Assembly: GCF_001194135.2 (NCBI RefSeq)
Contig: NC_069003.1
Location: 1,604,272 to 1,668,271 of the forward strand
Direction of reading: 5' to 3'
DNA length: 64,000 bases
From: Octopus bimaculoides
Taxonomy: Eukaryota
The stretch's first letter is position 1, and every line of letters starts with the position of its first letter. The notes under the pieces are model-generated. The model searched no databases. It saw only the letters and a program-made list of their open reading frames with translations, and was not told where the DNA came from. A program made the translations under genes and the position numbers. Shown in pieces: positions 53,425 through 64,000 of this stretch.

Positions 53425-53860
53425 AGAAGAATAACTGTAAGAAGAGCAACAAGAACAAGAAGAATAACAAGACAAAGAAGAACAAAAAGGACGAGAAGAA
53501 AAGGAAGAGAAAGATGATGAAAAAGAAGAGGCAAGAGAAGCAGAAGAAGAAGATGAGGAGGGGGTGGTGGAGAAAGAGGAAAAGTGGAAGAAGATGAAGA
53601 AAGTGAAGAAGGTGAAGAAAAGGAAGGTTTGAAAGTAGAAGTAGAGGAGGAAAAGGAGGAGGAAGAGGAGGAGGAAAAGAAGCAGAAGGATAGAAAAAGA
53701 AGAAATAGAAGCAGAAGCAGAAGAAGAAGAAAAAGAAGAAGAAGAAGGAGTAAAGGTGGAAGTAGAGGAGGAAGAAAAGGAGGAAGGAGATGATGAAGGA
53801 AGTGAAGAAGAACGGGAGAGGGATGAGGAGGAGGAAACAAAGAAGAAAAAAAAAGGGGAT
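53425..53860. repeat. Purine-rich (GAA/GAG/AAC)n low-complexity tract
   Basis: Degenerate trinucleotide repeats open in several frames (K/E/R-rich on plus, F/L/P/S-rich on minus). Confidence 0.9.
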
Positions 53861-54772
53861 ATATGAGCATAAACATATTGAAGAGATTAATGCAAAATAT
53901 TGTGCAATCGTTAGATTAGATAAACATTTGTGCAGTTTGTACTTTGACATTTGCAATTTGATTCGGCTGCACGTTAGAAGGCTTAAACCAATAATCTTGA
54001 AACATGATAGCTTGCACAAACACGATATAAGCATCGATGCAATATTCAATGTTTAACATTCATAACTAATCGTTTAGAAACATTGAAAGGATAAACGCCT
54101 TGCAAATCGTTCGAAATGAAAAGGAGAGCAAATAAAAAAAAAAATTAAAAAAAAAAATTGAAAGAAAATCTTTAAAATATACAAAATGCATATCATTGAA
54201 AAATCAACGCCTTTCTGTTATTATTTTAACATGGGCTTCTATCTGCCTGCCTGCACGTGTGTATGTCTCTGTGTATGTACATAGACAATAAGTGAGTTAG
54301 ATATGCTCAGTGTAGAGAACAAACAGTTAGTAATGCTCAGATGAATTTGAATTGAAACCCTGAGTCCTTCATGCGGCACTTGGCCAAAGACGTCCAGTGT
54401 AGCTATAAGAGTATTCACAGTATTTGGATTCCAGTGAGCCGGTAGTACTCATAGAAAAGCTCCTAAACTTATCATCTTACAAAACATATATCTAGGCAGA
54501 TATATAGTAATTTATTCATTATAAAATATGATAAAAGAAGTTATTTGAATGGTTTAGAGTTGCAAAACTAATATGTCATAATTATAGCATTTTTCTAATT
54601 GTTAAATAAAACTTGATCAAAATACTTCTCTCTCATTTATGATTATGGCATTTCAGAATCCAAAATATTCCATTTGGAGAACATATGCATAACTCGAACA
54701 TTGTAACAATATAAACTCAGCAACGTATTATTCTACACACGTTTGTTTGTGTTCAACCGGTTTTACTTGCAG

Positions 54773-54879
54773 ATGACAGGACAAACAATTTCCATTATTC
54801 ACCTGTTGAAGAAAAGCGGGTTTGCTATAAAGAGCAGCCTGGGGAGTTTCAAATAGCATCCTTTATTTTTAATCTGTAG
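54773..54879 (+). CDS. Candidate terminal coding exon
   Basis: Acceptor ggttttacttgcag; phase 1 gives (D)DRTNNFHYSPVEEKRVCYKEQPGEFQIASFIFNL*. Confidence 0.2.
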
Positions 54880-55197
54880 ATGGGCGATATGTTCAAATTA
54901 TGTACATCGAACATGGTGCTAAATATTGTACCATGTGTGATTATATATATATATATAATGTTGACCAGTAAAGTGGACAATTTAATGTGCTAGAAATAGA
55001 CCACATGTTGTGTCTAGTAAGACCTAGTAGTTCTCAAAAGAAATTCAGCGAAATACCAAACCGTAAGCGAGCAAGACATTGAAAATTACATACCTTAATC
55101 CCCTAAGATCTCATATATTTTTCCTGAATCTCTCGGATTCTTTCAATGTGCTAGCTTCCTGGTAATAAATATTATTTAATATCTGATTTTTACCCTA

Positions 55198-55250
<53 letters not shown>

Positions 55251-55982
55251 TATATATTTGATCCTTTATATTGAACACTCAATATTTCATCTACATTCAA
55301 TACTTTCTTTCATGGTGCCATCCATTTTTATTTTATTTTATTTTATATTATATATTGTATATNNNNNNNNNNNNNNNNNNNNNNNNNNNNNNNNNNNNNN
55401 NNNNNNNNNNNNNNNNNNNNNNNNNNNNNNNNNNNNNNNNNNNNNNNNNNNNNNNNNNNNNNNNNNNNNNNNNNNNNNNNNNNNNNNNNNNNNNNNNNNN
55501 NNNNNNNNNNNNNNNNNNNNNNNNNNNNNNNNNNNNNNNNNNNNNNNNNNNNNNNNNNNNNNNNNNNNNNNNNNNNNNNNNNNNNNNNNNNNNNNNNNNN
55601 NNNNNNNNNNNNNNNNNNNNNNNNNNNNNNNNNNNNNNNNNNNNNNNNNNNNNNNNNNNNNNNNNNTATATATATAGATGGATAGAGAGATACGATATAC
55701 CTTTATAGACTCGGAAAAGCCTAACAAGCAAACAGGGTGATCCAATTTTCTAGTAAATACCGCTTCAAGGAGATACATTTAGAGAACACTACTTTACGTA
55801 TGTGTAATGCGCCAGACTTTTTAAAGTCCTTAATAATGTTGGTTCTCTCCGCACTGCAGAAAATCAATTAACACCCAGAAAATCAATTAACGTCCCCTAA
55901 CATCACACAGGGCTTCTTGATCCTTGAGGTTAGGGACGTGACACACCGTATTTCTGGGATTCTGAAGGACGATGGTGGTTAA

Positions 55983-56029
<47 letters not shown>

Positions 56030-56303
56030 NNNNNNNNNNNNNNNNNNNNNNNNNNNNNNNNNNNNNNNNNNNNNNNNNNNNNNNNNNNNNNNNNNNNNNN
56101 NNNNNNNNNNNNNNNNNNNNNNNNNNNNNNNNNNNNNNNNNNNNNNNNNNNNNNNNNNNNNNNNNNNNNNNNNNNNNNNNNNNNNNNNNNNNNNNNNNNN
56201 NNNNNNNNNNNNNNNNNNNNNNNNNNNNNNNNNNNNNNNNNNNNNNNNNNNNNNNNNNNNNNNNNNNNNNNNNNNNNNNNNNNNNNNNNNNNNNNNNNNN
56301 NNN

Positions 56304-56364
<61 letters not shown>

Positions 56365-57163
56365 ATACACACTTATATGTATGTATACATATGTGCATAT
56401 ATATGTCTGGGTGTTGGATTACATTTGTGTCTAAGACAATACAATGATTACCAAATCAAAATAAATCTCGAAGACGACATGATCCATAAATAATATGGAC
56501 ACCGCATTGGCGCAGGTGTAGATTCTCCACCAAGTTCGCTTCAGTTCTCAATATATTCACAACAGAGTGAAAGAGAAAATACAATTTATTTACAGATATT
56601 TTCAATACATATTTCTAGTTTAAACAAATATGACTACTCCTGAGATTTTATAAGTACTTCAGCGCACCTACTGGCATTGTGCTCATTCTAATTAAATTGA
56701 AATGCTCTGCAGATATGTTTTTTTCATAATACAAAATATTATAAAAGTTAACGTATGTACTTTTGACCCAAGTTCTACTTTATATTATTCATAGATATAT
56801 CTCCTTGGAATCGAAATATTAAGAAAAATAATTAACTTCGAGTTTCTTGACGTTTCAAAATTTTTCTAATGTAAACATCATACAATTCTTAGTAGTTAGT
56901 GCAAAGCATCTAAAATAGATCGACATTACAATATATATAAAGAGAGAGACACACAGAGATAAACAGATAGTTGTGTACGCAGAAACAAACATAAATACAT
57001 ATATAAGAGATACGATCATATATAGTAATGTGTGTATAGCAAGCCCAAAAAATGTGACCTAATTATGTTCCCATACATATTTAAAATGAAATAAATGAGT
57101 GAAGAAACTTGAACCATAATATTATATTTAGAATTAATACATCACTTTAAATTACATTAACAG

Positions 57164-57247
57164 CATCGTTATGTTATCTCGAATCAAGCAGTATTGTGTC
57201 GCCCACACTATGAACTTCCGGTCGATTACATTCGCCAAACTCAAAAG
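57164..57247 (+). CDS. Candidate 84-nt phase-0 exon resembling the end of a LIM domain
   Basis: Acceptor ttacattaacag with an in-frame TAA just upstream; donor aag|gtgaga. Translates HRYVISNQAVLCRPHYELPVDYIRQTQK; LCRxHY resembles the last Zn ligands of LIM domains. Confidence 0.3.
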
Positions 57248-57421
57248 GTGAGAAATGGCAATTTCAGATCAATTACATTTCTCACTAATTATATTAGACT
57301 ATTACAAACAAATCGTTAATTACCGCTTCTTTCTTTAATAATGTTTATCAAATTAGGTTTGTTATTGTTACTGTCTATACATTTATAAAATTTTGATTCT
57401 ATCGAATTTTATGTATATGTA

Positions 57422-57477
<56 letters not shown>

Positions 57478-58281
57478 GTAGTCTTTCATAGTTTCCTTTT
57501 AGAACGAACAGTTTGATTCCATAGCAATAGGCAGTTCCTCAAAACAAAATGTTATAACTACATCTAGTGTGCTATGTGGAAATAGTACCACCTATATAAG
57601 TACTGGAAGGAGAGAAAATTGTGGAACCTCGATATTTATAAAGGGAGACTTCAGGCGAAACACATTAGGAATTCTTGACTTCTGCCCAGATCCGAATCCA
57701 TTTAAAAAATCTCCGATGAAAACAGATGCTATGGGCAAACTCTAGGCCAAATATCCAAGACTAATAATAACAGCTGGAATTGTTGTTGAAATAGAATATT
57801 TAGAATAATCAAATTATATGAATATGGGTTTATATAAAATTGCCAGAACTACGACATGGGCAATGTATGTGTTAAGGCTGAGAATATTTAATTACATTCA
57901 GAGAAAGAATTCTGATAATTAGCCGATAATGAATCAGAGAATCTAAGGAGGGAATAAGAAAGGAATCGTATACAGGAATGACAATATGAGACAAATGGTA
58001 AAATCTGAAATGTATTTGAAACAAAAATCATAGAGTATATATATACACTATTTCCAAAATTTTTTAGATCACCTGCAAAAGTTTGTTTCAATGTGGGCAA
58101 TGGTAATAACAGCTAATTTAATGTTTTCTTTTCAGCATATTTCGCAGATATAACTGCTGTTTTTGCGTGCGTAGTTACTCGAACATCCAGGTAAAACAAG
58201 TTTTCGTTGCCCTTAAGGAGATATGTGAAATCATTATCAAAACTGTGCTCATATAAACTTATAAAATCTAAGTATAAACGC

Positions 58282-58307
58282 CTGAGGAGGCCTGTCAATG
58301 CCGAAAC
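58282..58307 (+). ncRNA. Hammerhead ribozyme-like catalytic core (probably degenerate)
   Basis: CTGAGGA-GGC-ctgtcaat-GCC-GAAAC: the CUGANGA and GAAA boxes are joined by a 3-bp stem II. Stems I and III and the NUH site are not cleanly formed. Confidence 0.35.
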
Positions 58308-59384
58308 CGAACTGCTCGCTTTCTAATTCTGAATTTAAAGATGTCTACTTTTACCTGTAATTGTATGTATTTTCCAAATTTTGGATTATCTGATATTATT
58401 TACATTACATCTCATGTAAGCTGTGCTTAGAGTTACAACAAGCTTAGAGGGAGTCTTTGTGCTCTGATAGCAACGATAATCTCACTAAATAGAATCTTTC
58501 TTGTTTATTTGATTGTGTGATTGTGCCTCTGTGCGTTTGCATTAAAGTATACATTTCTCTATGTATATTTATGCGCATATTCATGTATATATGTGTGTGT
58601 GTATACGTTTGTGTGTACGTGTGTGTCTATGAAATTTTATACATGTACACACACTTACACACACGTACACAAGCACACACGCTGACACATTTATATATAT
58701 ATATATATATATATACATACTCATATGGGTGTATGTAAGTGGAAACGTAGATATTCATGTTTCTCTAGGTATATGAGGTTAAACTAATACATACTTAACC
58801 ATCAGCTACAAAATACATACAAGAAACAGAATAGACTCATACACATTCACAATCACACGAACCCGCATTAACAAAGACACGGACATACACACTCACATAC
58901 ACGCAGAAAGAGAAAGGTAAGCAGATTAATTTGTAATACTCGCCCGATTGAATATTAAATCGGATAGCAACGTAAATAGAACCGAAAGTAAAATCCGACT
59001 TTAATAGTTCGATTTATCTTTTAAATTCCAATACTTCGAATAGCATGTCGTCTCAAAATACAGAGATGAAACCATATTTAGTAAACTTCGAGAATATTTT
59101 TCATAAAGCACATTTATTTTGAACGATAACAACACAAACACATATATATGCCTAGCACACACATACAGAAGTATATATGTGCGTATAGATATTTAAACAT
59201 AGATGCAGACGTCTATACACACACACACATCCACATATATGAATATCGATTATTTTGCGTTAACTTTGAAAAGTTCAAAAGAGACAGAAATAGACGAATA
59301 CAGGAGTGTTTATCACTCCTCTGGAAATATTTTTCTGTCTCTTGTTTTGTTTTTACGTTTCATCTGAATTACAATAATTAATAA

Positions 59385-59590
59385 TATTGGTTTCAAAGTT
59401 TAGCACAAGGCCAGCAATTTCGGAGGGAGGGGCAACTCGATATTATCGCCGCTAGTGTTCACCTGGTACTTGATTTTACGACTCCGAAATTATGAACGGC
59501 AAATTCGACCTCGGCAGAATTTGAACTCAGAACCTGAAGTCGAACGAAATGCTGTCCAGCGTGATAACATTTCTGGCAACTCACGCTTTA
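59385..59590 (-). mobile_element. SINE family B copy 1 of tandem triplet
   Basis: TTGGTTTCAAAGTTTTAGCACAAGGCCAGC...TCGACCTCGGCAGAATTTGAACTCAG...CACGCTTTA. Confidence 0.8.
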
Positions 59591-59603
59591 CAATAATTAG
59601 AAA

Positions 59604-59800
59604 TATTGATTTCAAAATTTTGCCACAAGGGCAGCTTGGTGAAAAGGATTGATTCGATTACATTGACCCCAGTGCGTAACTGGTACTTAATTAATCGACC
59701 CCCAAAGAATGAAAGGCAAAGTCGACCTCGGCGGGATTTGAACTCAGGAGCTAGCGACGAACGAGATACAGCAAAGCATTTCGTCCAGCGCGCGAACGAT
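59604..59800 (-). mobile_element. SINE family B copy 2 of tandem triplet (extreme 5' end missing)
   Basis: AACTGGTACTTAATTAATCGACCCC...GAAAGGCAAAGTCGACCTCGGCGGGATTTGAACTCAG...AACGAT. Confidence 0.85.
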
Positions 59801-60003
59801 TTTTTTCTACTCTAGGCACAAGGCCTGTAATTTTCGGGGAAGGGGTCCAGTCTATTAGGTCGACTCCAGTACGCAACTGGTACTTAATTGATCTACCCCG
59901 AAAAGATGAAAGGCAAAGTCGATCTCGGCGGAAATTGAACTCAGAACGTAAAGAGATGAAATATTGCCCGGCGTGCTAACGTTTCTGCGAGCTTATCGCC
60001 TTC
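59801..60003 (-). mobile_element. SINE family B copy 3 of tandem triplet
   Basis: TTCTACTCTAGGCACAAGGCC...GAAAGGCAAAGTCGATCTCGGCGG...CCGGCGTGCTAACG...CGCCTT. Confidence 0.85.
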
Positions 60004-61828
60004 AAAACAAATAATAATATTAATTTCATTATAAAAGCAGTCGATGAAAATATCTTCAGTCGGATGGCTCATAGTTCAAATCCAACCGAAGTCGATTGCA
60101 ACATTTTTTTATTTGAAATGGTTTATTACAACGTAATAGAATGTGATGCTTATGTCTGGTGAGTGTAGATATGAACATTGTGCAATGTGTAATTAATAAT
60201 ATATAGGAGTCGATAATATATTAAGTGTGTAAATGTAAGAAGTGAATAATATCTGAAATGAGTATAATCGGGAAAATGTTTTAAATATTTATTTACGATA
60301 CACGATATTGGCTCTGGAAGCAGCACGCAAAATTTAGAACTACGCTTTAGAAAGATTTATAAATTATAATCAGATATCTAAAACAAGGTGTTTTTATGAC
60401 GAAGAAGAGAAGATAATGTGAAGAAATGGCAAAAAGGAGAAGGAAGAAGGACAAGAAAGGAACAAGGTTGAAAAGATAGTGGAATGATCCCATTTCCATT
60501 TTTAGAAAGGAGAGATTCCATGTTATGGTTTAAAACCTAGGAAAAAATTATCATCGAAAAAGGAAAAAAAATGATGCATTTTGCATTGTCACGCCAAACC
60601 ATGACAGCAAAAGCCACAACGTGTCAAGCAGCCATTGCAATATCCATCAACGACAGCAACAGTAACAACAACATGTAGCGGTAAAATGCGTGCAGATACA
60701 ATAACAGAGAAAGCATTCCGTCCAGCCCGAAGCAATGTCAACAACATCCCCACCAAAAGCAACAATGTAGCCACCACCGACTCCGTCAAGATTAATACGG
60801 GAAGTTTGGTTGGCAAATGCACGCAGCTGCTTTTAGAGAAAGGCAAATGTGTGCAAGAGGAGAAGAATTTGCAAAGACCTGACATGCTCACTCATGTCAG
60901 ATACAGAAAATGAAAATTCCTCCAAACAATTATTCATTATTTGAGCGTGATCAGCAAAAGCAAGAGGTTTAAATAAATCTTCTCGAAGGCTGGCCGAAAA
61001 CTGTATGAAGAAAAGGTGCAGTGTGATATGCAACGTGAAGAAAATAATATACGGAACTAAAGTTGCGGTGCAATAAACAGTAAATTAGGTAAATATAGAA
61101 ATGTGCTGCTCATCGGTGTGTTTATTACTGCCATCCGATATTGTATGGCGAGAAACCGAGGCAACTTCAGACAATGTGTTGCATGTAATAAACCTCAGTG
61201 TATATCATCATATCTCGGAGCAACTTGGAAAGGAACTCAACTCGTGGTATTTTTCCCACCAATAATATTTGAGACACTGAAAATATCCTTAACATTTTAG
61301 CATTTAACCCGCAGATATTCTCTTTTATTTTCAGCATGCGTTATAGTTTAGGGTTGTTGATTTCAGAAAGATAGAATCGAATGAGTATCAAGAAATATGA
61401 TGTTACGTGGGTGGTAGAAAGTATTGGCAGGGAATGGAATTACTGATATTACGTTCGAAAAATGTAACTTCACACGAAAGGATCGTACTCCGAAAACCCA
61501 AACGAAAAGGCCACCAGCTTAATCTACTGCTACAATTATTACTTATCAGTGAAAACCACTATAGTTCACTCCTTCAAATGAAATATCAACTAATATTGTG
61601 TCCAGTTGACATGTCTTCCGTCATCTAAAATCTAAGCTTCATGTTGCCCATCGCCCTGTTTTGCGGCAGAACCATGAACTGCGGCTTGTCAGCAGCCAGA
61701 ACTCTATTCCTTACGTTGCAGCTTGTATAAGGGTTGAAGTTGTATGTTGACCGGTGGTTTCACACTATCTAATTTTCTTCATTCAGCTCTGATTATCGCT
61801 CTTATTTAGAGAGAACGATCTGCTTAGA

Positions 61829-62150
61829 GCTACTCCGTCGGTTACGACAACGAGGATCGTAACTGATTTGATCAACAGAAAAGCCTGCTCACGAAATAAA
61901 TATGCCAGTGGTTGAGTATTCCTCAGACACGAACAAACTTACGATAGGTCGCAGAGAGATTCAGAATAACACACAATTTGAAAATGCTAGTTCTGTGAAT
62001 AACAGGTTCCATTCATTTTTACCAGCTGAGTGAGCTGCAGCAACGTGGAATAAATACCTTGCTCAACGACACAAGCTACAGTCGGGAATCGAACTCACGT
62101 AATAGATACACTGAGACAAATAAGCTAACAACTAGCACATACGCCTTCAC
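61829..62150 (-). mobile_element. SINE with family C tail, degenerate
   Basis: ACTCCGTCGGTTACGACAACGAG...GATCAACAGAAAAGCCTGCTCACGAAAT...CCTTGCTCAA...GGGAATCGAACTC...CGCCTTCAC. Confidence 0.75.
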
Positions 62151-62430
62151 TTCTGTAACATTGATGGAAAACGTGTACAAATACTTCATGGGGCATTCCA
62201 TCAGGCCATGTTAGCTTCCTTTGAATCACTTGAAATAGTCCCCATGAATTAAAAAAAAAATTTAATAAAGGAAGAGGAATTCTGCCACGTAGGATTTGAA
62301 CACCAGACACCAACTTCTTTATTACTTTCGTTATAACGAATTTACTCACAACAAACACAAACACACACACACACACTCATATATATATATATATGCGTTG
62401 ATATGTATGCAGTGATGGACATACATGCAT

Positions 62431-62468
<38 letters not shown>

Positions 62469-62926
62469 GTGTATATATATTGTGTGTGCCTACTTGTACA
62501 CACACACACACACACACACGCACACACATATATACACATATATATGTATATACATATACATATAATAACATATGTGTGTATATGCGTGTGCCCGTATAAA
62601 TAGATGGTAGTGGGTTTCCCTGTGTGAAGTTTTGTGTGTGGTTACTGTAAAATGTCCCAAGGATTAATTACAACACTGAAAGATTAAATTTATGGTTTGC
62701 AAATTATCTCCATGCAATTTTCTAGTATTTGCACTTAAGGCCGGGTTCTAACGCGAAATAAACATTGGCACCACACTCACCCATATCATGTAAGATGTGA
62801 CTCACACTTTAAGAAGCACACATATAAATCTGTTAACACATAGACAGGGAGAGGAGAGAGGGTGAGTGTATTAGAGGGGGTAAAAACATATGTATATTGT
62901 CATGTGCATGTGTGTGTGTGTCTTTG

Positions 62927-62971
<45 letters not shown>

Positions 62972-63111
62972 NNNNNNNNNNNNNNNNNNNNNNNNNNNNN
63001 NNNNNNNNNNNNNNNNNNNNNNNNNNNNNNNNNNNNNNNNNNNATATATATATATATATATATATATATGTAAGTATATATATATATATATAAATATAAA
63101 CATACACACAC

Positions 63112-63149
<38 letters not shown>

Positions 63150-63933
63150 GTATATATATGAATGTTTGTATATATGTATTTATGTAATTGTCTTTTTTAT
63201 TATCACGTGGTTTCTCAAACTGGGGGAAAGTAAATAGTATTTACTCCTGGCAATACAATCCACCCCCACCCCCGTTGCAGTAAAAATGATTTACTAATGA
63301 AACAAAAGCGTATACACGCATGCATGTAGGTTTGTATGTATGTAAGGAAGGATGGCTGGATGGTTTAGTATATGTGTGTCTTTGTACGTACGCATATATA
63401 TATATATGTGTGTGTGTGTGTATATATATATATATTTCCGTGTGTGTGTTTGAGTGTGTGTACATATATAGAATAAACATATATTTAACGAAATTTGGAA
63501 AGGAACAGATACATACATATGTGTATGTGTGTGTATGTGACGTAGGTAATCATATACATACTTGCACATAGCTAGGTAGATTGTTAATTATAACTGGAAA
63601 CAAACACCTATATATCCATACGTATATGAATATATGCATGTATGTATATATGAATGTATGTGGGGGGTATATGCGCGTGTAATTTTGATAATTACATTAT
63701 TATAAGTCTTAAAATCCATATCAATAACAATTATTCTACAAATGAATTAGCAACACTTCAACTAATCTACGTAGATCTATGTGAGGAAAGAGAGACAGAA
63801 CATACGAACACAAACGTTGATATATTTAGTAAGCATGTACATATACACTCCGAAACATGACGATATTCTATGCCTCTATTCGCACGTAGAAATACGCTCA
63901 ACAGCACCCACGCTGACTGTTACACTTATTGCC

Positions 63934-64000
<67 letters not shown>

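Noticed and set aside
53349-54056. K/E/R-rich ORFs resembling nucleolar or SR proteins
   Set aside because: Purine trinucleotide tract starting inside a SINE remnant; multiple frames open.
4623-58963. Short palindromes (4623-4638, 8076-8095, 41651-41665, 42321-42347, 58944-58963)
   Set aside because: Arms of 7-9 bp are expected many times by chance; there is no independent support.
858-63161. All long ORFs containing X runs or YI/IY/CV/TH repeats
   Set aside because: They are translations of N-gaps and (AT)n, (GT)n or (CA)n microsatellites, which lack stop codons.
63206-63226. GTGGTTTCTCAAACTGGGGG resembling a hAT terminal repeat
   Set aside because: No partner terminus or TSD found; too short to call.
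1-64000. CRISPR arrays, rRNA, operons or prokaryotic defence systems
   Set aside because: No repeat-spacer arrays, rRNA-like segments or gene-dense regions; the sequence is eukaryotic intronic or intergenic DNA.

Overview
AT-rich, microsatellite-saturated eukaryotic scaffold with 18 N-gaps, most flanked by (AT)n. The repeat families resemble those I recall from Octopus (coleoid cephalopod); that is inference, not a database result. No protein-coding gene can be named. Almost every long ORF in the supplied track is an artefact of N-runs, dinucleotide or trinucleotide repeats, or T-rich low complexity. The sequence clearly supports four decayed R4/Dong-clade non-LTR retrotransposon fragments (RT and restriction-like endonuclease motifs), one RTE-like LINE 3' end, two mariner remnants (one a complete 222-bp MITE) and about 20 copies or fragments of three tRNA-derived SINE families (called A, B and C here). 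Most worth following up: a same-strand stack of retroelements at (TAA)n tracts (17.6-19.2 kb) containing an uncharacterised ~460-bp non-coding element; a 69-bp fold-back hairpin made of two inverted SINE heads (5.1-5.2 kb, possible ADAR substrate); recurrent head-only SINEs cut at the same motif; a minimal hammerhead-like core (58.3 kb); a CpG-rich structured patch (40.3 kb); and several short candidate exons on both strands, one LIM-like. I found no convincing new multi-gene system. All coordinates and counts were done by hand and may be off by a few bases.
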